Of a DNA stretch of 64,000 bases, positions 40,927 through 51,445 are shown one piece after another. The stretch spans positions 2,592,001-2,656,000 of the forward strand of contig OY970309.1 in NCBI GenBank assembly GCA_963716395.1. The letters are read 5' to 3'. Below the pieces are notes generated by a model, which did not search any database, was not told where the DNA came from, and worked only from the letters and a program-made list of their open reading frames with translations. Every line of letters begins with the position of its first letter. The first letter of the stretch is position 1. The position numbers and the translations under genes are program-made. Source of the stretch: an uncultured Fibrobacteria bacterium. Its GTDB lineage: Bacteria; Fibrobacterota; Fibrobacteria; UBA11236.

Positions 40927-41023
40927 TAATCGATTAGAACCCTGTAAGAGCCCTTTCAATCGGCGAAGGCTGGCGCATGCGCCGAGTAACCGGTATGTTA
41001 ACTGAGGCCGGGGGCCCTTAGCA

Positions 41024-42022
41024 TCAGGGGGAAAGTGACTCACCCTGCGGTCGGTGAGCCTGTCGAACCGACCGAGGGGCGCGGTTGCGCGGATGAAAAC
41101 TTTGATGCACTTCTTTCAGGTATTCCTGATCCAGATGGGTGTAAATCTGGGTGGTGCCGATGTCGGCGTGACCCAGGAGTTCCTGCACCGCGCGCAAGTC
41201 GGCTCCGGCTTCGATGAGATGGGTGGCGAAGCTGTGACGAAAGGTATGCGGGGAGATGCCGTCCGCGGGCAGGCCGGCCAGCAGACAGGATTTGCGCACG
41301 CTGTTCCAGGCGCCCATGCGCGACAAGGGCTTTCCCCGATTGTTGGTGATGAGCGTGTCGCAGTGCGGAACCGCGATACGCGCGCGTTCGCCGTCGCGAT
41401 AAGCCCGCAGCGAAGCCACCACCTTGGATCCCAGCGGCACCAGGCGCTGCTTGCCGCCCTTGCCCTGCACCAAGGCCAGGCCTTCGGAAAAATGCAGCGC
41501 GTCCAGCGTCAGGTTCACGGCTTCGGAGATGCGCAAGCCCAGGCCGTACAAGAGTTCCACCAGGGCCAGGTCGCGCTGGGCATGGGGTTCGTCCGTGGCC
41601 GCGCGTGCTTCCAGGGTGGCATATAAGGTTTCGATTTCGGAGCGGCTGAGGCTGCGGGGACGGTAACGTTGCTGTTTCGGCACCCGCACGCCGTGGCAGA
41701 CATCGTCGGCCAAGAGACCCGCGTCGAACAGGTAGCCGGTATAGCTGCGCAATGACGCCAGGTAACGCGCCAGGCTGGTGGCGCCGAATCCCGCTTCGGC
41801 CAGGGCCGAAAACAATTCCTGGATGTTCACGCGCGTGAGCCCCGCGGCGGGTCGGACCGCCTCCAGCCCGGGCAATTGCCGCAGGCAGAGACGCAGATCG
41901 CTGAGGTACGCCTCCACCGTATTGGGGCTGAGGCGTTTTTCCAGCAACAGATGGGCGCGGTAGGCGTCGGCTGCGGGAATGTGTACGCCGATGGGAGGCG
42001 TGGCGTCGGTTGGGGAAGCCAT
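41024..42022 (-). CDS. xerD: Tyrosine recombinase, XerD-like
   Basis: SPNTVEAY, ELLYGLGLRISE, GKGGKQRLVP, SPHTFRHSFATHL..GADLRAVQELLGHADIGTTQIYTH, HPR. Confidence 0.85.
   Translation of the reverse strand: MASPTDATPPIGVHIPAADAYRAHLLLEKRLSPNTVEAYLSDLRLCLRQLPGLEAVRPAAGLTRVNIQELFSALAEAGFGATSLARYLASLRSYTGYLFDAGLLADDVCHGVRVPKQQRYRPRSLSRSEIETLYATLEARAATDEPHAQRDLALVELLYGLGLRISEAVNLTLDALHFSEGLALVQGKGGKQRLVPLGSKVVASLRAYRDGERARIAVPHCDTLITNNRGKPLSRMGAWNSVRKSCLLAGLPADGISPHTFRHSFATHLIEAGADLRAVQELLGHADIGTTQIYTHLDQEYLKEVHQSFHPRNRAPRSVRQAHRPQGESLSP
41037..41084 (-). repeat. REP-like palindromic element, copy 2, inside the xerD 3' end
   Basis: Minus strand CCCCTCGGTCGGTTCGACAGGCTCACCGACCGCAGGG; supplies the xerD tail RSVRQAHRPQG. 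Confidence 0.7.
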
Positions 42023-42229
42023 GGTTGCAGAAAACATAATCGGCGGTATGCACCCGCCGGCGCGGCTTCTCTGGCGGGGGCGATTAAGACAAAGCGACCC
42101 CGGCAAACATGGAGATTTTCGCGGCTAACATTTTAAAATCATCATAGCAGCTTTTTACCGCTTCGATATGCCCCCCGATGGGCCCCGTCCGCCGCTTTAA
42201 GAAAGAACCGCGGCGGAGCCTTCGGTAGG

Positions 42230-42440
42230 TTACAGACGCACTTCCACCCGCAGCGCTTGCAGGCTTTCGGGATTCATCATCACCTCGATGCCGACGATTT
42301 TTTCCTCGCGAAGGGCAAAGGCAAAGACCGAACGCACTTGGCCGTTTTGCACCCACACCGCTCCCGGAGCACCGTCGATGCGGCCGGGTTGGGCGCCGCG
42401 GGCCCGCCCCTTGAACATTTCGGCCACAGCTTGCGCGCCC
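42230..42440 (-). pseudogene. C-terminal remnant of an ECF41-like sigma factor (SnoaL-like extension)
   Basis: GAQAVAEMFKGRARGAQP..IDGAPGAVW...VFAF..REEKIVGIEVMMNPESL with no sigma core upstream. Confidence 0.65.
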
Positions 42441-42596
42441 CAGGTCAAGCCGGGCACGTATCTGGCCGAGGGTCTGGGCGGATACGCCGTTTTCGAAGCG
42501 GAAAATATCGAGGCGGCCATCGCGCTGGCGGCCCGCATTCCCGCCGCCCGGCTGGGCGGCGCCGTCGAGGTGCGCCCGGCCGAGAAATACTGGTAG
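42441..42596 (+). pseudogene. C-terminal remnant of a YciI/DGPF-domain gene
   Basis: EGLGGYAVFEAENIEAAIALAARIPAARLGGAVEVRP with no N-terminus. Confidence 0.7.
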
Positions 42597-42686
42597 GGGA
42601 GAGGGCACTGCGCTATCGTCGCCGTGCGCTGCGGGCCGGATGCGTATGGGAATCCGTCGTGGCGGCGATTATATTTTCCGCCCTCC

Positions 42687-42759
<73 letters not shown>

Positions 42760-43344
42760 TAACTTTTACCGGGGGCGCGGTTTGAATCGGCCTCCGAAAA
42801 TTCCCAGCTACGTTCCGTGGTTCGCTTTACCGCCCGCGCTCAGGTATCCAGTCCGGCTCCGTTTTTCTTAAGGATACCTCTGGAAAAAGTCTTTTAGATT
42901 CGGCATGGACATGGGTAGCTAAGATGTGACCTATGTTCGAGTTCGAAATAGCCCGACGCGCGGGGTGCAACCCGATTCAGGTTGGTCGATCCGCTACCCG
43001 TCCGGTTTCGGCGAACACCTACCGCCCGCAGCCCTTCACCGCCCGTCGCCCTGGTCATCCACCCAAATACAGGCTCCACTTGCGACCAAGTCTTGGCCAC
43101 TAGGCCACTATCGGGTTCCACTATTTCCGCTCGCCCCGCGTTGATTCGATTCCGGCTTGGGACCGTAGTTCGCGAAACACCCGAACGGTTTTCTCATCGG
43201 GAATCCCATGCTCCAATCCCAGCCCCAGAAATCGCTAAAGGTAAAGAAGCGTTAGACGCATCATTCTAGGAACTCGGGTGATATAATCCATTTCAGGAGC
43301 CTACCCTGAAACCCTTTTGGAAATTATTTGGAAAGGCAATCAGC

Positions 43345-44814
43345 ATGTCGACTCAAATCCAATCGAGCACGGGAATTTTCGCCGCAACGGTTTTACTCCA
43401 CCTATGGCTCGCAACTCCCGCCACAGCGCAAGCAAGCGCGACCCTTTTGCAAAAATCGAATTTGGTTTATCAAGGCGCCTTCCGCGTTCCGGAAACCGAT
43501 TTCAGCTTTGGAGGCACGGCCATTGCCTATGATTCCGCCGACAACTCCCTATGGGTAACCAGCCACGATCAATTGACGGCGGAAATCAGCATTCCGACCC
43601 TCGTCAACAGCAGCGACATGAATCAACTGAAGACCGCAACCTTCCTCCAGAATTTCACGGATATCACCGAAGGGGGATTGCCAAACATCAATCCCGGCGA
43701 TCCAAACGCGAAAGACATCGGCGGGTATTTGCCGTACAACGGAAAGATCATCGTCACCGGATGGACATATTATGATGCGAATGCAACCCAAGTCCTGTCG
43801 CATTTCGTGTCCTCCCCCAACTTGGCGCTGACGGGGGATATTACCGGTCCCTATCAACTGGGAACCATGGGGGCGGGATTCGTATCGGGTTATATGACCT
43901 TGGTGCCCCCGGCCTGGCGCGACTCGCTGGGCGGTCCGGCCATCACGGGCCAATGCTGCATTCCCATCATATCCCGTACTTCATGGGGACCGGCCGCCTT
44001 CACCTTCGACCCGGTGGATCTGGGGGTGAAAAATCCCGTCCCCGTCAATCCCTTGGTGTACTACAGCACGGCCCACCCCACCTTGGGTGTCTTTGGGACC
44101 GCGGGAATAGACACTTTGTTCAACGGATGCAGCCAAGTCAACGGCGTGGTTTTTCCCAATGGATCCCGGACGATTTTATTTATCGGCAGCAATGGCGTCG
44201 GGGATTTTTGTTATGGAATCGGGGGAGTGGATTGCAATGATCCGGCCGACGCTTCCAAAGGGGATCATGCCTACCCTTATGTGTACCAAATATGGGCCTA
44301 TGACGCCATGGATTTCACCCGAGTGCATGAGGGAAAAATGCAGCCGTGGGAAATTACCCCTAATGCGGTGTGGACCTTCGACTTGCCGTTTGAAAGCGAT
44401 GACAAGCACCTAATCGGTGGGGCCGCTTATGACCCTGCCACGCAACGGATTTTCATCTCGCAAATGAAAGCGGATCCCGGGACGGGATATTTTGACGGTC
44501 CCATCTTTCACGTATTCAAGGTGAATTTGAACACCGCCTCGATCGGGAAGGACTCTCCGTCTTCCCAAATTGGTCCGCTGAGGATGCGAATGGATCAAAT
44601 GGACAAGGTGGTGCGCTTTTCCCCGGGGGCGGGCCGGGAATTTCCAACACGCTTGACCATCCGCAGTATTTCCGGAACCCGGATTGCGGAACTGACGCCG
44701 GGGGCACAGGGTATCTTCACGTGGAATGTTTCAGGAAACGCTCCAGGTATGTACCTCGTACGGGCGAATTATTCCGACCGAATCCAAACGCAAGTCGTGA
44801 CCTTGATGAAGTGA
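43345..44814 (+). CDS. Secreted hypothetical protein (possible beta-propeller) with T9SS-like tail
   Basis: Signal-like N-terminus; GGAAYDPATQRIFISQ; tail SISGTRI...WN...APGMYLVR. Confidence 0.7.
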   Translation: MSTQIQSSTGIFAATVLLHLWLATPATAQASATLLQKSNLVYQGAFRVPETDFSFGGTAIAYDSADNSLWVTSHDQLTAEISIPTLVNSSDMNQLKTATFLQNFTDITEGGLPNINPGDPNAKDIGGYLPYNGKIIVTGWTYYDANATQVLSHFVSSPNLALTGDITGPYQLGTMGAGFVSGYMTLVPPAWRDSLGGPAITGQCCIPIISRTSWGPAAFTFDPVDLGVKNPVPVNPLVYYSTAHPTLGVFGTAGIDTLFNGCSQVNGVVFPNGSRTILFIGSNGVGDFCYGIGGVDCNDPADASKGDHAYPYVYQIWAYDAMDFTRVHEGKMQPWEITPNAVWTFDLPFESDDKHLIGGAAYDPATQRIFISQMKADPGTGYFDGPIFHVFKVNLNTASIGKDSPSSQIGPLRMRMDQMDKVVRFSPGAGREFPTRLTIRSISGTRIAELTPGAQGIFTWNVSGNAPGMYLVRANYSDRIQTQVVTLMK

Positions 44815-45086
44815 TGGAGGGTCGGGACTTCGCTATGTCCACTTGGGCTGCGCGAAGGAGAGTAAAGGCATCGCTGCCAACAGAATCAGAAGCAAGCTTT
44901 GTTTTGCAATTTTCAGGTTGAGTTTACCGGGAGACGCGGAAAGGTTTCGCGATTCTCTGGCCGGCTCCATTTGATTTGACATGAAAAAGTATCGAGAGTT
45001 GATCCAATTTCGAAAATATTGAACCCATGCACCGGACGAAATAATCCGGAACCGCGAGGAGGTTTTTCGGCGCGTTCTGTTCTCGG

Positions 45087-48000
45087 CTAGACTTCGGACT
45101 TTTCTTTCAACGCCTCATAGAGCCGAGCGGGCCCGAGCAAAATCTCCTTTAATCCGCTCCGCACCTTTTCCGACCCAAGCGCCTGAGTGCTCATCGTGGT
45201 ATGCGCGTCAAGGCATCCATGATGGCGTTCATCAATTCATTCGTTAGGTCGGGGGAATTGGCGAATTGCTCCTTGGTGTTGTTGGACGCCTGCTGCCCAG
45301 GATTTCCGATTCCAGCAGCTTGCCCTTGATCACGTTGTTGACGTAAACCAGCTTGTCCTGGTCCGTCAGTTCGCCTTCAAACAGGTCGTTGACCTTCTGG
45401 CGATGATCTCGTCCAGACAGGCCTTTTCCTTTTCCTGCACGCGCTGCCGCCCGCTTCGGTGATCGGTTCCAGCTTCGGGTGTCTCGCCGTCGTCAAGGGC
45501 AGATCGCTGCTGCCCTGGTCCTTCAGGTTGTGATGCGTCAGGACCACTTGGACAGGTCGATGCCTTCGCGTTCGCGGCCGAATTCGAGCAGGGGCAGCAC
45601 GTGCTTGAAGAAGATCGATCGCTTTTCGATAGCGGTGTTGCCGTAGTCGAAGATCTGGGACAGGAACGTGTAGAGCCGATGAAATGCTCCCATGTCGGGC
45701 TGGAACAGCAGCAGCGCGTCCAGCTCGTCCTGGGCCGCCTCGGCGGCGGCTTTGTCCTTCTTTTCCTTGGCGAGCTTCAAGGCCTCCTGCGCCGCCTTGT
45801 AAGCGCTTCAGAAGCCGATCGACCACGGGCTCCACCGCCGCCACCAGCTCGCTTTGCTTGGCGTTCGGCTTCAGCTCGACGGCCACCACGCGATCGACCT
45901 CGAAATCGTCGTAATGACCGGCGGCGTCCAGTTTGGCGCGCAGGTTGTAGACCAGATTCGGATCGGTCACGTCTGCCAGTTCCGCCGTGGTGTAATATGT
46001 CTTGAAGGCCGCGAGCACGTCCGCGGTGTCGTTCACGAAATCCAGCACGTAGGTCGTGTCCTTGCCGGGATAGGCACGATTCAGCCGCGAAAGGGTTTGC
46101 ACGGCCTGAATGCCCGCCAACCGCTTATCCACGTACATCCCGCAAAGCAAGGGCTGATCAAAGCCGGTCTGGAACTTGTTCGCCACCAGCAGAATCTGAA
46201 ATTCGTCGGTGTTGAAGGCTTCGCGGATGTCGCGGCCTTCAGGTTGGGATTCAGCGTTTGCTGTTTTCGGTGAAATGGATCGGGGCCGGATTCCTTGTCG
46301 TTCACTTCTCCCGAAAACGCCACCAGCGTGCCGATTTCGTAGCCGCGATCCGTGATGTATTTGTCGATGGCGATTTGCCAGCGCACAGCCTCCTGTCGGC
46401 TGGCCACCACCACCATCGCCTTGGCCTGGCCGTTCAGCAAAGGCGCGACGTATTGGTGGAAATGCTCGACCACGACCTGCACCTTTTGCGCGATGTTATA
46501 GGGATGCAGCCGCACCCAGCCCATGATGCCCTTCATGGCCGCGCTGCGTTCGACCTCTTTTTCGTCTATCTCCTTGCCATTGTGGGCCAGCTTGAAGGCC
46601 AATTTGTAAGGGCGTGTAATTCTTGAGCACGTCGAGAATGAAGCCCTCTTCAATGGCTTGGCGCATGGAATAAACGTGGAAGGCCGTCGGCATATTTTCG
46701 GAACTGACGGGTGGCTTGGGATCGGGGCGACGGCCGAATAGTTCGAGAGTTTTGGCCTTGGGCGTGGCCGTGAAAGCGACGTAGGTAATGCCGCGATCGC
46801 TCGGCCCTGGCCGCCATTTGCGCCGCCAAAATATCTTCGGTGCCGACTTCGCCGCCGTCTTCCAACTCTTTCAATTCTTCGGCGGAAAGCACCGCTTTGA
46901 GTTTGGAGGCCGCTTCGCCGGTCTGCGAGGAATGGGCTTCATCGGCGATCACCGCGAAACGTTTTCCCTGTGTCGCCGCCAGTTCTTGCACGGCCTTCAG
47001 GGCAAAGGGAAAGGTCTGAATGGTGCAAACGACGATTTTCTTGCCGCCGGACAATGCCTTGGCCAGTTCGCTGCTTTTGCTGGCGCTTTCGCCGTTGATG
47101 GTGGCCACCACGCCGATCGGTACGCTCGAAGTCGAAAATGCGCTTCCTGCAATGGCTGTCGAGCACGTTGCGATCCGAAACCACCAGCACGGAGTCAAAA
47201 ACCTTTCTTGTTTTTCATCGTGCAGGTCGGCCAGAAAATGCGCCGTCCAGGCGATGGAGTTGGTCTTGCCCGATCCGGCCGAATGCTGAATCAAGTATTT
47301 GCCGCCCAGCCCTTCGGAACGCACGGCGGCCAGTAGTTTGCGGGTTACGTCGAGTTGGTGATAGCGTGGGAAAATAAAAGATTCGAGATTGTTTCTTTTT
47401 GTCTTTCTTGGCCACCATGTATCGACCAAGGATTTCCAGCCAACTATCGCGTTCCCAAACTTCTTCCCACAAATACGCCGTGCGATGCCCTTTTTCGGTT
47501 CGGCGGATTGCCCGCCGCGCCGTCGTTGCCTTTGTTGAAGGGCAGAAATTTGTGCCCGGCCCGGCCAACCTGGTGGTCATTTGCACTTCGGAATTGCTGA
47601 CGGCGAAATGCACCAGCGCCCCGGTGGGGAAGGAAAGCAAAGGTTCGACGGCGTTTTGCCCCTTGGGCCTGGGATGGCGGTCGAAGCGGTATTGATCAAC
47701 GGCGTCTTGCACCGATTGGGTGAAGTCGGTTTTCAATTCCACCGTGGCCACGGGTAGGCCGTTCAGGAAAAGCGCCAAGTCAATGGAATTTTCGTTGTGC
47801 TGGGAATAATGCACTTGGCGCACCACGCGCAAGCGATTGGCGGCGTAGCTTGGCCATGATTTCGGGATTCATGGCCAAGGCCGGTTTAAATTGCGCCAAT
47901 GCCAAGGGTTCGCGCAAGAAAATCATTTCGATGCCATGCCGCAAAACTTCCAGCGTGCCGTTTTTGTTCAACAACTCCCGCACGCGATTGAGCAAGGTTT

Positions 48001-48205
48001 CGCCCGCCTGCGCGCCGTGGTTCTTGGTCAATGCCTCCCAGGCTTTGGGCTGAGTCTCTTGCACCCAGGCCAGCAAGTCGGCGGGGAATAAGGCCCTCGC
48101 GCGATCATAGTTTTGCGCATCGCCTTCGGCATAAAGCCAGCCGTGGCCCGCGAGGTATTCGCAAACCTCGGTTTCAAAATTCATTTCTTTATGCAAGCTG
48201 CTCAT
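45087..48205 (-). pseudogene. hsdR: Type I restriction endonuclease R subunit, broken by many frameshifts
   Basis: Fragments give IDLALFLNGLPVATVELK, QHSAGSGKT, IADEAHSSQ, YSMRQAIEEGFILDVL, ANKFQTGFDQP and QTLSRLNR, spread over many frames. Confidence 0.88.
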
Positions 48206-48216
48206 AAAAGAATCTT

Positions 48217-49083
48217 TCAGGCTTCCCGCACGTTTTTCTTAATCCAAGTCCATTGTTCAATCAAAACACTTTGTATTTGAGAACTGAGACTTTCTATTTC
48301 AATTTTGAATTCGGATTTTTTGTTTTTCAAAAAGGACATCTTAGCTTCGTGGGTGCCGGGAAGCTCATTAGCTTTATGGGCTTCATTTAGAAGGTTTTTT
48401 ATGTCCTTAATCTTTTCAAGAATACGCTTGCCTTCTTCATCTACTTTGAACAGTAGCCCCATTTTTAATTCTGTTGCTCGAAACTCCGCTTGCGCCGCTT
48501 CAACCTCAGCCCCCATTTGCGCTAACGTGAATTCTCTATTTTTAATTAGGGCAAGTCTTTCTAAAGCGCCCTGCTCCTCAATATTCTTTTTTGGGCCGGG
48601 CATATTCCAATTGGTAAATTCATTTGCATCCAAATAGTGCGCCCTTAGATTTATCCATTTATTTGCGCTTACGATAAAACCTGCCGTTGCGTCGCGAAGG
48701 TAATTCATCCATCGTTCACGAAATCGCCCCTCTTCTGAAAGTGCTGAGGATTTGATTTGTCGTCCTAACATAAAGCCGGAAATGCTTATGCCCCCAAGGC
48801 CGATAATTGCGATAGCAACCTGAACCCAAAAGCCTCAATCGAAATCCGGTTTTATAGGTGTTGTGTCATTGCAGCAAGCCTCATTCGATATTGTGATAAT
48901 GTTTTGATTTGAAGATGCCTTTATTGAATCTGAAGCTTTCGAGGCGTTGGATACGGTTTTGTGTAAGGGAATGTGTGAGTGTATGGGCAATGATAAGGTG
49001 GTGCAACAGGCTGACAGGTATCCGGGTTCGCAAATATGGTGACAGCAAAAAGAGATAATCCGACGAAAAAAGTTTTCACCCAA
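48217..49083 (-). pseudogene. AT-rich orphan membrane/coiled-coil gene split by one in-frame TGA (48835-48837)
   Basis: ORFs 48835-49083 and 48217-48771 share a frame; the join reads KPDFD*GFWVQVAIAIIGLGGISISGFMLGRQ. Confidence 0.6.
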
Positions 49084-49122
49084 GTTCCCCTAGATTAATT
49101 GTTAATGCTCTCACGGGCTAAT

Positions 49123-50419
49123 TCACGCACATCGTATTTTCCCCGTGACGGCGGCGGAGATCAAAGCGGTGCGGCGTTCTTGAAGCAAGTTAGTGGCGTG
49201 TTGTGCTTCGGCGATCAGGTTGTCGATCTTAGCGGTTTCGCGGTCGAGGAAGGCGGCGATGGATTGTTGTTCACTCAAAGGTGGAAAAGCGATGGCAAAG
49301 TTTCGCACGAAATCGTCTGGTACACGCTTTTGCCCGCCCGCGCCATACATGAATGACACGCCTTGTTTACGAAATGGTGAGGAAATAAAAATCCAATGCA
49401 GATATGGGCCAATTACCTCTTCTGTTTTTGGACGAGCGACGATCAATTCCGTTATTCCAAATCCAATACCATTTCGTAAACCCAGCATCATAGCGCCTTT
49501 TCCGTTTTCAAAACATGGGGTAATCTTTGCAATGGTTACATCACCATCCCGTGAAAATATAGGTGTAGCCGGTTTCAACTTCTCGGATCGGTTTTTCTTG
49601 CTCTAAGTTCAGAGTACCATCATCCCCAATTGCTTCCATTGGAAGAAACGAAACCAGATATTCCCTATCTAGTTCGCTTGTTTCTGATTTGGATGGATTC
49701 AATTTTGTAACGAACCGGAGCCTTTTTTCCTCCCAATGTTCCGGCACCTCGCCCAGCCATTCAATCCCCGAATCCTTCATCTTCGCCTTCGGGTTCAAGC
49801 CCTTGGTAACCGCATGCGAAATCACGGCCTGACGTTTTTCCGTCAGCAGTGCGATCAGTTTTTCTTTTTCGGCGATCAGGGTGTCGATCTTGGCGGTTTC
49901 GCGGTCGAGGAAGGCCGCGATGGCAAGTTGTTCCTGTGGTGGCGGGCATAAACACCTGGCGTTCCCGACTTGCTCAATGGATACAGCTTCGTAAGTGCTA
50001 CCAGTCGCGACAGAAAAAAGTTCTTCTTTGATTATTTGAAGAGCATGCAATAAATATCGTTGTGAGTTTTTGGCTTTAGGAGATAAGGCACATAATCCTC
50101 TGCCAATCCCATACGCTTGGTCTGCAACGTTGATCGCACCAACAGGTGCCCGTACAGAAAACAAAATATCGTGCGTCTGTGCGAACTTATTTGCTACCGA
50201 GCAGAAATATCTTGGTGAAGGACAAACATTCCCAAAGTCAGCATTTCCTTGAAGAAAGGGAATGCCTTCGCCTTCTTGGTTACAATCTTCCGAGTTGGGC
50301 GATTGGCCCATTTTTATTGATGCAAAAATTTTAAGACGTAATGTCTCCCAATGCTCCGGCACCTCACCCAGCCATTCAACGCCGCTATTCTTGTATTTCG
50401 GGTATCGCGGAAAACTCAT
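49123..50419 (-). pseudogene. hsdS: Type I R-M specificity subunit, frameshifted near 49560 and at the 3' end
   Basis: [13 protein letters not shown] repeats, [17 protein letters not shown] twice, ALISAAVTGK. TRD2 is split between two frames. Confidence 0.88.
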
Positions 50420-50826
50420 GCGGGAACAAACGGATTGAGAATAGTCAATCCTTCTTCAAGTTTTTGGCCATGCTGCATATCCTCGCTGTAAAAAAAGCGG
50501 CAGCGATGTTCGATGGCCGAAGCCAGATGCAGGGAGTCGAAGTAGGAATAGCGGTAGCGTTGGCCGAGGTCCAGGGCTTGCCGTACCGTGTATTGCGAAA
50601 GCGGGAGGATGGGAAATTTCTCGGCGATGAGATCCACGGCCGCTCGAACACCGGCATGCGGATATTTTCTTTTCTTGAGAAGGTACGAACAGAATTCGTG
50701 CATGACTTGCAAACTCAAGCAGGTTCCGTCTTCTCCGGCGGCTTGGACGGCGCGGGACTTTTTCTCGGGATCTTCGCTGAAAAGGTAGGCGACGATATTA
50801 GTGTCCAGAAAAATTCTATTCGGCAT
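50416..50826 (-). CDS. PIN-domain (VapC-like) nuclease/toxin
   Basis: [36 protein letters not shown]...NPF. Confidence 0.88.
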   Translation of the reverse strand: MPNRIFLDTNIVAYLFSEDPEKKSRAVQAAGEDGTCLSLQVMHEFCSYLLKKRKYPHAGVRAAVDLIAEKFPILPLSQYTVRQALDLGQRYRYSYFDSLHLASAIEHRCRFFYSEDMQHGQKLEEGLTILNPFVPA

Positions 50827-51022
50827 AGGCTTCGTCGCGTCGGAAGGGCAAGTCTTCGCGCGCAATCACCAAGGCGTCAAATCGCTTTGGCCACGAAAAT
50901 TTGGCGGCTTCTTGGACGCGCAGTTTCCGGCAAACCATTTCCATGCTTCCCAGGTTGCGGGCCAGATGCCGCCGGGCCGGTTTGGTATTGAAATTTTGGG
51001 ATGGCGCGGTTGCAGTTTTCAT
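50816..51022 (-). CDS. Putative antitoxin, 68 aa
   Basis: Small gene overlapping the PIN gene start; ends in an F.RDEAY-type motif. Confidence 0.55.
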   Translation of the reverse strand: MKTATAPSQNFNTKPARRHLARNLGSMEMVCRKLRVQEAAKFSWPKRFDALVIAREDLPFRRDEAYAE

Positions 51023-51025
51023 TGG

Positions 51026-51361
51026 CTATTCTCCCGCGGCGGATTTCGCCCGGCTTTTTAGTCGGGATAGCTCCGCTTCCTTTTCATCCAAGGCCTGTTC
51101 CAGAAGGGCGAATTCCTTTTTCATTTTTTCATGGGCGAGTTGAAGCTGGCGCAAAGCGGTTTTGAATTTTTCTTTTTCCAAGAATACATGCGCCAATTCC
51201 CTTTTCGAGTCGTCGAGGCGGCCTTTCATTTCCGCGCGATCCCAGGCCTGAATGGCGTTGCCGAACATGCTGGCGGCGGACAAAATTCCTTTCCAATCCA
51301 CATCCTCGGAAGTTGAACGCTTTTTTGTTGCCACGACGCGTTTTCCCCTAGCTTGATTCAT
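51026..51361 (-). CDS. Hypothetical coiled-coil protein
   Basis: Heptad-rich C-terminal half; co-oriented between hsdM and the TA pair. Confidence 0.55.
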   Translation of the reverse strand: MNQARGKRVVATKKRSTSEDVDWKGILSAASMFGNAIQAWDRAEMKGRLDDSKRELAHVFLEKEKFKTALRQLQLAHEKMKKEFALLEQALDEKEAELSRLKSRAKSAAGE

Positions 51362-51445
51362 GGTGCTCCTTCCGGTTTTCCGGCCCATTGAAAATAAGAA
51401 GCGGCGGCTTTTTGGGGAGACCTGTTAACATGGCGTTTTGGCCTC

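Noticed and set aside
41024-42022. xerD as the integrase of the tRNA island
   Set aside because: It has housekeeping XerD signatures and lies on the tRNA 5' side, not within the island.
42760-43340. Short ORFs downstream of the tRNA as an integrase remnant
   Set aside because: No tyrosine or serine recombinase motifs in any frame of the ORF track.
48835-48837. In-frame TGA as selenocysteine or genetic-code reassignment
   Set aside because: TGA is the normal stop for many genes here, the context is not a redox motif, and no SECIS-like hairpin is evident.
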